Shown: positions 18,762 through 29,066 of the stretch, piece by piece
How positions within the stretch are numbered: position 1 is the stretch's first letter
How the letters are laid out: each line of letters begins with the position of its first letter
DNA from: Polaribacter sp.
GTDB lineage: Bacteria; Bacteroidota; Bacteroidia; Flavobacteriales; Flavobacteriaceae
Assembly: GCA_051278125.1 (NCBI GenBank)
Contig: JBNMNV010000001.1
Location: 1-40,303 of the forward strand
DNA length: 40,303 bases
Reading direction: 5' to 3'
Made by a program: the position numbers and the translations under genes
Notes under the pieces: generated by a model
The model's input: only the letters and a program-made list of their open reading frames with translations
Databases searched by the model: none
What the model was told of the DNA's origin: nothing

Positions 18762-19754
18762 ATGAGGTCAATTTTGTTATTTTTGGTTTGTTTGACGGTG
18801 TTTTCTTGCCATCAAAATAAAAAACAAGTAACCATGTCTAAAAAAATAGTCATTGCGCATAGAGGTGCTTCTGGATATGTACCCGAACACACTTTAGAAG
18901 CAAAAGCCATGGCACATGCTATGAATGCTGATTTTATTGAGCAAGATTTAGTGTTATCTAAAGATAATATTCCGATAGTAATTCATGATATTTATTTAGA
19001 TGATGTGACCAATGTTGCTACAACATTTCCAAATAGAAAAAGAAAAGACCATCGTTTTTATGTGATTGATTTTACCTTTGATGAATTAAAAACGTTGCAA
19101 GTTACCGAACGTTTTAACCCAAAAACGGGAGAACAAGTCTACAAAAATCGCTTTCCGAAAGGAAAAGGGAATTTTAAAATCCATTCTTTGCAAGAAGAAA
19201 TTGAACTCATTCAAGGTTTAAATACATCGACCAAAAAAAATATCGGGATTTATCCTGAAATTAAAGCTCCTGAATTTCATCAAAAAGAAGGAAAAAACAT
19301 CACAGAAATTGTCTTAAAAGTACTTGCTGATTATGGCTATAAAACCAAAAAAGACAACTGTATTTTGCAGTGTTTTAATGCGCAGGAATTAGAACGCATT
19401 CGAAAAGAATTAAAGTCAGAATTATTTTTAGTTCAGTTAATAGAACATCCTAAACAAGCCAAAGAATTAAAACATTTTGCAACCTATGCAGACGGAATTG
19501 GCCCGTGGTACAAACAAATTTTAGCTTCAAAAGTGAAGGATCAATATCGCTTTACTTCGTTAGTTTCTGATGCGCATCAATTAGGATTAAAAGTGCATCC
19601 TTACACATTTAGAGCAGATGCTTTGGCAGAATTTGATACCTTTGAACAAATGATGCAAACACTTTTAATAGAGGCCAATGTAGATGGTGTTTTTACCGAT
19701 TTTCCGGATGTAGTTATCAATTTTTTAAAAGAAAACAACCACAATGAATACTGA
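18762..19754 (+). CDS. glpQ: Glycerophosphodiester phosphodiesterase (lipoprotein)
   Basis: IAHRGASGYVPEHT, IEQDLV, IHD, YPEIK, HPYTFR, DGVFTDFPD; lipobox VFSC. Confidence 0.96.
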   Translation: MRSILLFLVCLTVFSCHQNKKQVTMSKKIVIAHRGASGYVPEHTLEAKAMAHAMNADFIEQDLVLSKDNIPIVIHDIYLDDVTNVATTFPNRKRKDHRFYVIDFTFDELKTLQVTERFNPKTGEQVYKNRFPKGKGNFKIHSLQEEIELIQGLNTSTKKNIGIYPEIKAPEFHQKEGKNITEIVLKVLADYGYKTKKDNCILQCFNAQELERIRKELKSELFLVQLIEHPKQAKELKHFATYADGIGPWYKQILASKVKDQYRFTSLVSDAHQLGLKVHPYTFRADALAEFDTFEQMMQTLLIEANVDGVFTDFPDVVINFLKENNHNEY

Positions 19755-20277
19755 AATCTATGCCATAAAACATACGAATGACCAATTGGTTGTTCTTAAA
19801 TCTGACCAACAAATTTACAACTCTCAATGGTTTACAGATTTTGGTAAATTTGGGTGTGAACTCTTTAATTCAGAAGGCAAAATGATCTTCTCTATAATCA
19901 AAAAATTTGAATTTTGGAAATGGAAAATGGTCTATACCATCAAAGAAAATAATGGAAACTTGATTCATCTTATTTCTCAAAACAATAGAAAAACAATTTA
20001 CGCAATTGATTTTAATGAGATTACTTATGAGGTACAAAGTCATTTTAAAAAGAAAACATCTATTTTTAAAAATGGTGCTAAAATTGCAGAAATTGATGAA
20101 TCTTTTTTAGACAAAGACTTTAGAAATCATATTAAATTACAACTTTTAGATAAAAAAGATTTAGAAGTTTGTTTTTTACTGTTCTCTTGCTTAAAAATTG
20201 GAGAAATGGAACAAAAACAAAAAACAGTAATTACGAGTCAAAAACAATTAGAGGTTAATCAGGAACCTTGGGATTAA
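19744..20277 (+). CDS. Hypothetical protein (possible tubby/LURP-one-like beta fold)
   Basis: 177-aa ORF overlapping the glpQ stop; beta-rich with a terminal hydrophobic helix. Confidence 0.7.
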   Translation: MNTEIYAIKHTNDQLVVLKSDQQIYNSQWFTDFGKFGCELFNSEGKMIFSIIKKFEFWKWKMVYTIKENNGNLIHLISQNNRKTIYAIDFNEITYEVQSHFKKKTSIFKNGAKIAEIDESFLDKDFRNHIKLQLLDKKDLEVCFLLFSCLKIGEMEQKQKTVITSQKQLEVNQEPWD

Positions 20278-20283
20278 ATTCTC

Positions 20284-20408
20284 ATACCAATTTGGGCTTA
20301 TGACGTCGTGTAAATAATTAGCGTAGCCTTCATTACGGTCATTTTTTTTAATAAAAAGTAAGCGAAAAAGAAACGATTTATTGCGGCATTATAGGTCTAA
20401 AATGGTAT
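20284..20408 (+). repeat. Dispersed palindromic (MITE/REP-like) element, copy B
   Basis: Ends ataccaatttgggcttatgacgtcg / cggcattataggtctaaaatggtat pair with each other; homologous to copies A and C. Confidence 0.75.
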
Positions 20409-20423
20409 TACAATCATTTTTAT

Positions 20424-22205
20424 CTAAGAAGTAACCTCTACCAATTTATTTCTGTAAGCATTTAGTAGTTTAGACTTCGAAATAAAACCTACATATATTC
20501 CGTTTTTTACAACAGGTAAATTCCATGCATTACTTGTTTTAAACTTGTTCATTACTTTTTCTACAGAATCTGTATCTAGAATGGTTTCGGGGGCAGCTTT
20601 CATAAAAGTTTCTACGGTTACTGTTGTATACATTTCTGAATCGAACATTACTGATCGAATATCATCTAACAAGACAATTCCTAAAAATTGATTTTTTTTA
20701 TTAATCACAGGAAAAATATTTCTTGCAGATTTGGCAACCGCTTTTTTTAACATATCACCCAATAACATTTCTGGATAAACAGATTTAAAATTAGTTTCAA
20801 TGATCTCATCTATTTGTAGCATCATCATTACATTTTTATCTTTATTGTGTGTAATAAGTTCTCCTCTTTGCGCTAATTTATACGTGTAAATGGAATTAGA
20901 AACAAAATATTTGGTAAACGAGAAAGAGATGGCAGCAACCAACATTAAAGGCACAAATAAATCATAACCTCCTGTAATTTCTGCAATTAAAAATATAGCG
21001 GTTAAGGGTGCGTGTAAAACTCCAGCCATTAAGCCTGTCATCCCAATTAATGTGAAATTAGATTCAGAAACTTCAAATCCTAAACCCGAATTATTAATCA
21101 TTTTTGCAAAAGCATTGCCCAAAGCACTTCCCATTACTAAAGTCGGGATAAAAATACCTCCAACTCCGCCAGCTGCAAACGTTGTACTCATGGCAATTGC
21201 CTTAAAAAAAGTAATGAGCAGTAATAGCATGATGACCATCCAAATATTATCATGATCGAAAGAAAAGGGAGTATTCCCAATGGCTGCTATATGATTTCCT
21301 TTTAGTAAATTGTTGATTAATCCATATCCTTCACCATATAAAGAGGGCATTAAATATAAGATAAAACCGATAATAAAACTTCCTATTAGCAATCGTACAT
21401 AACGCTTTTTAAATTGATAAAAGAACTTTCTGATGGCAAAATAGACAACTGAAAAATATATGGAAATAATGCCTGTAAAGATTCCGAAAATCGCATAAAA
21501 ACCTAATTCGTTAATTTCGAATTTATCATTTAATTCAAAACCCAACAATACTTCAGAACCTAAAAAAAAATACGAAGTAATAATGGCAGAAACAGATGCC
21601 AACAGCAACGGTACCAAAGAAACAAAGGCAATGTCTAAACTAAAGACTTCTAAGGCAAAGACAATCCCTGCAATAGGCGCTTTAAACATGGAAGACATGG
21701 CGCCTGCAGTTGCACAACCAATTAAAAGCATCCTTGTTTTTGTGCTCATATGAAACAGCTGAGAGGTGTAGGATGCTAAAGCTGTTCCGGCACTCACTGC
21801 TGGTCCCTGTAAACCTACAGAACCGCCAAAACCAACCGTTAAAGGTGCCGTTAGTAAAGAAGCATAGATGTTATATTTAGGAATAATTCCTTTTCTTTTA
21901 GAAATAGCATAAAGTGTCGAAGAAATGCCATGCCCAATATGTTTTTTTAACCAATTCTTTTTGATAATGGCCACAAGGATCAAACCAATTATTGGATACA
22001 AAAAATATAAAGAATTTTCAGATTTCTTTAAAAAATCTACCGACAAGAGTAACTGAATATAGTGTGTAAAGTTTTTTAAGAAAACAGTTCCCAATCCTGC
22101 TAAAAACCCAACCAAAATACTTAAAATATATAAAAATTGTCTTTCAGAAATTGTTTTATACCTCCAAATGAGAATTTTCTTAAATATTTTTTTTCTTGAT
22201 ACCAT
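20424..22205 (-). CDS. CLC-family chloride channel/antiporter with a CBS pair
   Basis: GHGI, GGSVGLQGP, FKAPIAG, GGVGGIFIP, HAPLTAIFL; C-terminal CBS domains. Confidence 0.95.
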   Translation of the reverse strand: MVSRKKIFKKILIWRYKTISERQFLYILSILVGFLAGLGTVFLKNFTHYIQLLLSVDFLKKSENSLYFLYPIIGLILVAIIKKNWLKKHIGHGISSTLYAISKRKGIIPKYNIYASLLTAPLTVGFGGSVGLQGPAVSAGTALASYTSQLFHMSTKTRMLLIGCATAGAMSSMFKAPIAGIVFALEVFSLDIAFVSLVPLLLASVSAIITSYFFLGSEVLLGFELNDKFEINELGFYAIFGIFTGIISIYFSVVYFAIRKFFYQFKKRYVRLLIGSFIIGFILYLMPSLYGEGYGLINNLLKGNHIAAIGNTPFSFDHDNIWMVIMLLLLITFFKAIAMSTTFAAGGVGGIFIPTLVMGSALGNAFAKMINNSGLGFEVSESNFTLIGMTGLMAGVLHAPLTAIFLIAEITGGYDLFVPLMLVAAISFSFTKYFVSNSIYTYKLAQRGELITHNKDKNVMMMLQIDEIIETNFKSVYPEMLLGDMLKKAVAKSARNIFPVINKKNQFLGIVLLDDIRSVMFDSEMYTTVTVETFMKAAPETILDTDSVEKVMNKFKTSNAWNLPVVKNGIYVGFISKSKLLNAYRNKLVEVTS

Positions 22206-22330
22206 TGTTTTATGTTGCTGATATTGAATGCAAATAAATAGAAATTAACGCTAGTAATTTACTCTAAATTACGGCATCTCCAACCCTACTTTCTCTGCCT
22301 ATATACTCAGCTATGTTTTTTACTGTATAA

Positions 22331-22966
22331 TTATTTTAAAAAACCGTTTGCTCTAATTTCTTTATGAATGGAAATTATATCCTCCGGAATCTCTGCACGA
22401 TGAAGCCAGTTTATATCCAATCCATTTTTTATAGCAGTATCCATCAAAAATTGATTGTCTGCAATTAGTTCTGCAAATTCTTTTAAATGCGGCTCAAGTT
22501 CCATTAAAAAATCATCGTCTAATTTATGAATAAGTAATAAAATTTTAAAAGCTCTAGCGATGACGCCAACACAGAATTTTCTTCTTTTTGCAGGCGGGCG
22601 ACTTTCTAAAATAAAATTTCTATTGATGGATAAAATTACATTAATCATAATTAAATTCAAATACGCCTCCCCAAATTTATCTTTGGTAATTTTTACATGT
22701 TGTGTTATCAAACCACTATACTCTCGTACATCCCAATTTAAATAACCAATTGAATAATGGCCTCTTTCTGCTTCTTTTTTTATTCTGTATATCAGACTAG
22801 TTTCTAATTGATCTCTTTGTTCTTCTACCGTATTTGAACTGACTAGCTCAAAAAGTAAACGATTTGCCAAAACCACATCTTTTTTTAATAAGCGCAAAAT
22901 TAATTTATCTTTTTCTTTCGATGGCAAATGACTTAAAGCTTCTTTAAATTCTTTTGGAAATGTCAT
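22331..22966 (-). CDS. Hypothetical helical protein
   Basis: 211-aa ORF, 1 nt from the upstream gene. Confidence 0.8.
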   Translation of the reverse strand: MTFPKEFKEALSHLPSKEKDKLILRLLKKDVVLANRLLFELVSSNTVEEQRDQLETSLIYRIKKEAERGHYSIGYLNWDVREYSGLITQHVKITKDKFGEAYLNLIMINVILSINRNFILESRPPAKRRKFCVGVIARAFKILLLIHKLDDDFLMELEPHLKEFAELIADNQFLMDTAIKNGLDINWLHRAEIPEDIISIHKEIRANGFLK

Positions 22967-22967
22967 G

Positions 22968-23681
22968 CTATTCTTTTTTTGTGATTAAAGTATCGGTTCC
23001 TAAATACCCATCATTTTTATTATAATACCAAGCTCTGTTTTTGGGTATTTTAATATGATTGATGGTTTCTAAACCAGACAAAACTATATATTCTCCGTCA
23101 TTTTTAGACTCGTCTTTAAAAAACTGATACACTTCCATAGCAAAGGTTTCTGGATTAAAATAAAAGTGCCAAGTATCTTTACCAATCTCTTTTAGATAGG
23201 TAACTTTTAAAACCAAGTACTCATTTCCTTGAAACTTCTTTTTTGTTACTTTTTGATGAATGATTGTACCTTCATCTTTTAATTTCATTGGCAAACCATA
23301 CAAATAGGTATAGTAGTTTTTGTACAAATCTGCTCTTTCTGAATTTAAACCATGTTTCTTTTTTAGTTCTTCTGAAGGATTTTTATCGCCATTTAGAGCA
23401 AAGCTAATAGTATCTTTATCCACCATAAATGCAGTAATAATCGTATCTCTTTTTGCAATAACGGAAAAATATTGTTTTGGTAAATTAATGTTGATTTTAC
23501 TCTCTCTAGGAGCACTTTTTGGTGTTTCCATAGTGACAAAAAATTCTCCATTAAAAGTTGCCCAATTTCCTTTTGGATCGTGAAATTTTATGGCGTTTTC
23601 CAGTAGCTCATCACCTGTAATTTTTTGTGCAAAACTAATTATTGAAGTGAAAAGGAATAAAAATGTGATAAGGTTTTTCAT
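22968..23681 (-). CDS. Exported protein, DUF6503-like
   Basis: Signal peptide ending SFA/Q; HDPKGNW, YLYGLPMKLKDEG, DTWHFYF. Confidence 0.75.
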   Translation of the reverse strand: MKNLITFLFLFTSIISFAQKITGDELLENAIKFHDPKGNWATFNGEFFVTMETPKSAPRESKININLPKQYFSVIAKRDTIITAFMVDKDTISFALNGDKNPSEELKKKHGLNSERADLYKNYYTYLYGLPMKLKDEGTIIHQKVTKKKFQGNEYLVLKVTYLKEIGKDTWHFYFNPETFAMEVYQFFKDESKNDGEYIVLSGLETINHIKIPKNRAWYYNKNDGYLGTDTLITKKE

Positions 23682-23710
23682 CCTTTAAAAGTAGTAAAAA
23701 ATTAGCAGTA

Positions 23711-23749
23711 AAAAAGAGCTCATAGGTTTTAAAAACTCATGAGCTCTTC
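23711..23749 (-). terminator. Terminator after aspS
   Basis: aagagctcat...atgagctctt hairpin preceded by an A run. Confidence 0.65.
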
Positions 23750-23767
23750 ATAATTATTAATTATTTG

Positions 23768-25522
23768 TTATGATTGAATATCCAACTTCAAACTCAATTC
23801 TTTCAATTGTTCATCATCAATAAAAGCAGGCGCATCAATCATTACATCACGTCCAGAATTGTTTTTTGGAAATGCAATAAAATCACGAATTGTTTCCTGA
23901 CCGCCTAAAATGGCCACCAATCTATCCAAACCAAAAGCCAAACCTCCGTGCGGTGGCGCTCCATATTCAAAAGCATCCATTAAAAACCCAAACTGGGCTT
24001 TTGCATCTTCATCAGAAAAACCTAAATGACGCAACATGGTAGCTTGCATTTGTTTGTCATGAATACGAATTGAACCTCCACCAATTTCATTTCCGTTCAA
24101 CACCAAATCATACGCATTTGCCTTTACAGCGCCAGGATCTGTGTCTAATAATTCTAGTTGACCCGGTTTTGGTGAAGTAAAAGGATGGTGCATGGCATGA
24201 TAATGACCTGTTTCTTCATCTAATTCTAACAACGGAAAATCAATCACCCAAAGTGGTGCAAATACTTTTGGATCTCTTAATCCTAAACGTGTTGCTAATT
24301 CCATTCTTAAAGCCGATAGTTGTGCTCTTACTTTATTGGTTTCTCCTGATAAAACACAGATTAAATCACCTGGTTTTGCGCTGGTAACTTCTACCCACTT
24401 TGCCAAATCTTCTTGATCATAAAATTTATCTACAGAAGATTTAAAGGTTCCGTCTTCATTTACCCGGCAATAAATCATACCTAAAGCGCCCACTTGCGGA
24501 CGTTTTACCCATTTTATGATGTTGTCAATTTCCTTTCTTGTGTAGGTATTTCCTCCAGGAACTGCAATTCCTATCACGAGTTCAGCATTATTAAAAACAC
24601 CAAAATCTTTGTGTTGTGTCACTTCATTTAGCTCGCCAAACTCCATCCCAAAACGGATGTCTGGTTTGTCATTTCCATACAAACGCATGGCATCATCATA
24701 TAACATTCTTGGAAATTTCTCTACCTCAACATTATTAACTTCTTTTAATAAATGACGGGTTAATCCTTCAAAAACATTTAAAATATCCTCTTGCTCCACA
24801 AACGCCATTTCACAATCAATTTGTGTAAATTCTGGTTGTCTGTCGGCACGTAAATCTTCATCTCTAAAGCATTTTACAATCTGAAAATATTTATCCATTC
24901 CGCCAACCATCAGCAATTGTTTAAAAGTTTGCGGACTTTGCGGTAAGGCATAAAACTGACCTTCATTCATTCTACTTGGGACCACAAAATCTCTTGCACC
25001 TTCTGGAGTAGATTTGATTAAATACGGAGTTTCCACTTCAATAAATTCTTGATCAGACAAGTATTTACGAACTTCCATGGCTACTTTATGACGGAAAATT
25101 AAACCGTCTTTTACAGGATTTCTGCGGATATCTAAATACCTATATTTCATTCGGATGTCTTCTCCTCCGTCCGTTTTATCTTCAATGGTAAAAGGCGGGG
25201 TTACCGATGCGTTTAAAATCTCTAGTTTAGAAACCAAAACTTCAATAGCGCCGGTAGTCCTTTTTGCGTTTTTAGATTCTCGCTCAATCACTGTTCCTGT
25301 AACTTGTATTACAAATTCTCTTCCTAGAGATTTTGCTTTTTCCATCATTTCTTTTGGTGTGCGTTTTTCATCAAAAATTAACTGTGTAATTCCATATCTG
25401 TCTCGTAAATCAACCCAAATGACAAACCCTTTATCACGCGATTTCTGAACCCAACCAGATAAAGTTACTTCTGTATTTACATGCGATGCTCTTAACTCGC
25501 CACAAGAATGACTTCTATACAT
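23768..25522 (-). CDS. aspS: Aspartate--tRNA ligase
   Basis: [54 protein letters not shown]. Confidence 0.99.
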   Translation of the reverse strand: MYRSHSCGELRASHVNTEVTLSGWVQKSRDKGFVIWVDLRDRYGITQLIFDEKRTPKEMMEKAKSLGREFVIQVTGTVIERESKNAKRTTGAIEVLVSKLEILNASVTPPFTIEDKTDGGEDIRMKYRYLDIRRNPVKDGLIFRHKVAMEVRKYLSDQEFIEVETPYLIKSTPEGARDFVVPSRMNEGQFYALPQSPQTFKQLLMVGGMDKYFQIVKCFRDEDLRADRQPEFTQIDCEMAFVEQEDILNVFEGLTRHLLKEVNNVEVEKFPRMLYDDAMRLYGNDKPDIRFGMEFGELNEVTQHKDFGVFNNAELVIGIAVPGGNTYTRKEIDNIIKWVKRPQVGALGMIYCRVNEDGTFKSSVDKFYDQEDLAKWVEVTSAKPGDLICVLSGETNKVRAQLSALRMELATRLGLRDPKVFAPLWVIDFPLLELDEETGHYHAMHHPFTSPKPGQLELLDTDPGAVKANAYDLVLNGNEIGGGSIRIHDKQMQATMLRHLGFSDEDAKAQFGFLMDAFEYGAPPHGGLAFGLDRLVAILGGQETIRDFIAFPKNNSGRDVMIDAPAFIDDEQLKELSLKLDIQS

Positions 25523-25577
25523 TTTCTTCTAAAATTTAGGCTACAAAACTAAACATTTTTGACTGAATAATAATCTT

Positions 25578-25712
25578 TTGGGCGTTCATTTCTAAACAGA
25601 AATACCCCGCTTTTCGCTATATCTTTTTAATTTTGTTCTCGTTACAATGCTGCGAAAAGCAGCAATACTAAAACTAACAATTAAAAAGGATGCCGCTGCA
25701 ATCGGTAACGCA
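25578..25712 (+). ncRNA. Structured repeat, probably the Flavo-1 RNA motif (copy 2)
   Basis: ttgggcgtt...cgctatatcttttt...aaaaaggatgccgctgcaatcggtaacgca; homologous to 3344-3490. Confidence 0.55.
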
Positions 25713-25738
25713 GCATTTAGTTTTGTAAATTTGTTAAT

Positions 25739-26098
25739 ATGGACGCAATTAACATTCAAGAAAAATTAAATTTATTTTCAGATCATTGGTCACCTAAAAA
25801 GGTAGGCGAATTAAATGGACAACAAATTTTATTGGCAAAATTAAAAGGCGAATTTATTTGGCATACACACGAAAATGAAGATGAGTTTTTTATGGTAATC
25901 AACGGCTCATTAGACATTGAGTTAAAAGACAAAACCATCACTTTACGTAAAGGCGAATTTTTCATTGTTCCGAAAGGTGTTGAACACAAGCCTATTGCCA
26001 AAGAAGAAGTTCATGTTTTATTATTTGAACCGCTTTCTATAAAACATACAGGAGATGTGATGGCAGATATTACTGTGGAGAATTATGAAAGTATTTAA
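25739..26098 (+). CDS. Cupin domain protein
   Basis: WHTHENEDE...G and GEFFIVPKGVEH cupin motifs. Confidence 0.93.
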   Translation: MDAINIQEKLNLFSDHWSPKKVGELNGQQILLAKLKGEFIWHTHENEDEFFMVINGSLDIELKDKTITLRKGEFFIVPKGVEHKPIAKEEVHVLLFEPLSIKHTGDVMADITVENYESI

Positions 26099-26101
26099 AA
26101 T

Positions 26102-26207
26102 CATAATAACAAAAGCGGTTATTATGAAATATCTATAATAATCATAATTATAATTATTTAATTATGATTATTTAATATATTTACATAATAAAAGAATTCT
26201 TATTATG
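26102..26207. promoter_or_regulatory. Triple palindromic operator array CATAATWA-N8/9-TWATTATG
   Basis: Copies start at 26102, 26143 and 26184 (41-bp period); the third includes the fic ATG. Confidence 0.65.
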
Positions 26208-27329
26208 ATAAATTTTAATTCAGGGTTATATCAAAATCAAGGATATTATAAAAGCTTTCAACCTACTCAAATTAATAGAGATTGGATGATAAGTGATATG
26301 AAACTCATCCAATTATTAAGCCTTGCAGATAGGCAATTAGGAAGATTAGATATGTATTCTGAATATGTAAATATCGATTTATATACACAAATGCACATTG
26401 CAAAAGAAGCTACACAATCCTCAAAAATAGAAGGTACACAGACTAACATGGAGGAAGTCTTTCTTAAAAAAGAAGATGTCTCAAGTGAAAAAAGAGATGA
26501 TTGGGAAGAAGTGCAAAATTATATTCAAGCAATGAATCACGCTGTAGGTTTGCTACATACACTACCTTTTTCAAGTCGTTTGATAAAACAAACTCATAAA
26601 ATTTTATTACAAGGCGTTAGGGGTAATCATAAATTACCAGGAGAATACAGAACCAGTCAAAATTGGATTGGAGGAGCTTCTATAAATGATGCAGTTTTTA
26701 TACCTCCTATTCACAGCACAGTCATAGAGTTGATTTCTGATATAGAAAAGTTTGCAAACGATTTAGAAAACCCTATGCCAGATTTGTTAAAAATAGCTTT
26801 GATTCATTATCAATTTGAAACGATACACCCTTTTTTAGATGGAAATCGTAGAGTAGGCAGATTATTAATTACGCTGTATTTGGTTAATAAAGGAATTCTT
26901 AAAAAACCTATTTTGTACTTATCAGATTTTTTTGAAAAACATAGAAGTTTGTATTATGATAATTTAATGAGAGTCAGAACACATAATGATATTAACCAAT
27001 GGTTTAAGTTTTTTTTAACTGGAATAATAGAAACTTCAAAAAAAGGGGTACTAACTTTTAATGCAATTATGCATCTTTCAAAATCCACAGAAGAGAAAAT
27101 CACTGAATTAGGAGCAAGAAGTTCTGATGCCCATAAAATAGTAGATTATTTATATAGCAATCCTGTTATTGATGCACAAAAAGTTGCTGAAATTATAGAG
27201 AAAAACCCACAATCTGCATACCAATTGATAAGTAAACTTGAGAATTTAAAAATCTTAAAGGAAATAACAGGTTCTCAAAGAAATCGTCTTTATATTTTTG
27301 ATGATTATTTAGACATTTTTAACCACTAA
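26205..27329 (+). CDS. Fic family protein (class II, probable C-terminal winged HTH)
   Basis: Inhibitory SSKIEG motif; Fic motif HPFLDGNRRVGR; C-terminal HTH-like AQKVAEII...AYQLISKLE. Confidence 0.93.
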   Translation: MINFNSGLYQNQGYYKSFQPTQINRDWMISDMKLIQLLSLADRQLGRLDMYSEYVNIDLYTQMHIAKEATQSSKIEGTQTNMEEVFLKKEDVSSEKRDDWEEVQNYIQAMNHAVGLLHTLPFSSRLIKQTHKILLQGVRGNHKLPGEYRTSQNWIGGASINDAVFIPPIHSTVIELISDIEKFANDLENPMPDLLKIALIHYQFETIHPFLDGNRRVGRLLITLYLVNKGILKKPILYLSDFFEKHRSLYYDNLMRVRTHNDINQWFKFFLTGIIETSKKGVLTFNAIMHLSKSTEEKITELGARSSDAHKIVDYLYSNPVIDAQKVAEIIEKNPQSAYQLISKLENLKILKEITGSQRNRLYIFDDYLDIFNH

Positions 27330-27334
27330 TTATT

Positions 27335-28012
27335 ATGAGCAAACTATATTTAGTACCCACACCCATAGGTAATTTAGAAGACATGACTTTTAGAGCCATC
27401 AGAATTCTAAAAGAAGTCGATTTTATTTTAGCAGAAGACACACGGACCAGCGGAAAACTTTTAAAACATTTTGAAATTGCGACACAAATGCACAGTCATC
27501 ATATGCATAATGAGCATAAATCGGTTAAAGGTGTGGTGCAAAGAATACAAAATGGAGAAACCTGTGCTTTAATTTCCGATGCTGGAACTCCGGCCATTTC
27601 AGACCCTGGTTTCTTGCTGACAAGAGCTTGTGTAGAAAACAATATCGAAGTAGATTGTTTACCCGGTGCAACGGCTTTTGTACCTGCGTTGGTAAATTCG
27701 GGTTTGCCGAATGACAAGTTTGTTTTTGAAGGTTTTTTGCCTGTAAAAAAAGGAAGACAAACACGTTTTTTGCTTTTATCCGAAGAAAAGAGAACCATGA
27801 TTTTTTACGAATCGCCACATAAATTAGTCAAAACATTGGGACATTTTATAGACTATTTTGGGGCTGACAGGCAAGTTTCTGTTTCAAGAGAACTCACAAA
27901 AATGTTTGAAGAAACGATTAGAGGAACTGCCACAGAAGTATTGGAACATTATACCATAAAACCACCAAAAGGAGAAATTGTTATTGTTGTTGAAGGGAAA
28001 TCATCAAAATAA
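27335..28012 (+). CDS. rsmI: 16S rRNA C1402 2'-O-methyltransferase
   Basis: LVPTPIGNLEDMT, AEDTRTS, SDAGTPAISDPG, YESPHK, RELTK. Confidence 0.97.
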   Translation: MSKLYLVPTPIGNLEDMTFRAIRILKEVDFILAEDTRTSGKLLKHFEIATQMHSHHMHNEHKSVKGVVQRIQNGETCALISDAGTPAISDPGFLLTRACVENNIEVDCLPGATAFVPALVNSGLPNDKFVFEGFLPVKKGRQTRFLLLSEEKRTMIFYESPHKLVKTLGHFIDYFGADRQVSVSRELTKMFEETIRGTATEVLEHYTIKPPKGEIVIVVEGKSSK

Positions 28013-28099
28013 ATTATTCCAAAAAAAAACACCCAATCAAATAAAACAATTTTAAAGTTTTACTTGGTTGAGTGCTCAAATGAAGACATTTTGAATTGA

Positions 28100-28594
28100 T
28101 TACATTTTCTTTGTGGTGATAATAATTACCCCATTAGGCGCATTGTATTTTTTAATGGCTTTTTCTCCTTTTATTACTTCCATTTTATCAATAGTACTCG
28201 GACTTAATGAATCAAGCGTTTTTTTATCAGCAACCTTGCCGTCAATAATTACTTTTGGATCGTTTTTATTGGCCATTTCTTCTAAATGCTCGCCTGCTTT
28301 TACATAGGAAAAATCTAACTGCTTTGCCGCTTTTGTTTTTATTAAAATAACTCCATTTGGTGCTTTGTATTTAGCAATTGCATCTTTTCCTTTTATTACA
28401 AACATCGATTCTATTTGAGTTTGATCTATCAATTCCATAGGGAAATCAAAGACCTTTCCATCTACATAAATAATTGGTGTTGCCCCTTCTTTTAATTTTA
28501 CCAAAAGGTTTTCTTTATCGCTTTTTTCTTCCTGTGCTTGGACTACTGAAAGTGAGCACAGTATCATCATTATTGCAAATACTATTTTTTTCAT
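28100..28594 (-). CDS. Exported protein of two tandem SusC/RagA plug-signature modules
   Basis: Signal peptide ending VQA/Q; two repeats PxxxxDGK...IxxMxVIKGxxAIxKYxAPNGVIxIxTK. Confidence 0.8.
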   Translation of the reverse strand: MKKIVFAIMMILCSLSVVQAQEEKSDKENLLVKLKEGATPIIYVDGKVFDFPMELIDQTQIESMFVIKGKDAIAKYKAPNGVILIKTKAAKQLDFSYVKAGEHLEEMANKNDPKVIIDGKVADKKTLDSLSPSTIDKMEVIKGEKAIKKYNAPNGVIIITTKKM

Positions 28595-28637
28595 TTTATT
28601 TATATTTAATTGTTAATGGACTTCTTTTACTAAATTT

Positions 28638-29066
28638 TTATTGTGTTTTTGCGTAGACAATGACCAATTCATTTTCTAAGATTTTTCGATACATTGCTTT
28701 TTCTTCGTCAGCTTCAATAAACATATTTTTGGCTTCATTTAATAACGCTTGCTTTTCTGTTTCTGTAAGTGTATTTTGATTGTTATTATAAATGAACAAT
28801 GAGAAAATTAACGCAATTGATGCAGCTGTAGATAGTATTCCAATCTTAAATTTATTGGATTTTTTAGTTTTTTCTTCAAAAGATTCCCATAATTTATCAT
28901 TCAAGTTTTCTGGAATTTCTTTTTGGTTTTGCTTCACAAAATCAGCCCATATTTTTAAAGGTTCATCCATTTTTTCTGCACTGTTAAATAACAATTTTTC
29001 TTCCTCTAAAGAAGAGGTACCAGATTTGTATTTCTTGATAATATCGTTACTATTTTCCTCGCTCAT
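28638..29066 (-). CDS. Putative single-TM anti-sigma factor
   Basis: N-terminal IIKKYKSGTSSLEEEKLL, TM GILSTAASIALIFSLFIY; overlaps the sigma gene stop. Confidence 0.7.
   Translation of the reverse strand: MSEENSNDIIKKYKSGTSSLEEEKLLFNSAEKMDEPLKIWADFVKQNQKEIPENLNDKLWESFEEKTKKSNKFKIGILSTAASIALIFSLFIYNNNQNTLTETEKQALLNEAKNMFIEADEEKAMYRKILENELVIVYAKTQ

Noticed and set aside
26102-26207. 41-bp periodic repeats as a mini-CRISPR array
   Set aside because: Period too short, repeats are degenerate palindromes, no cas genes
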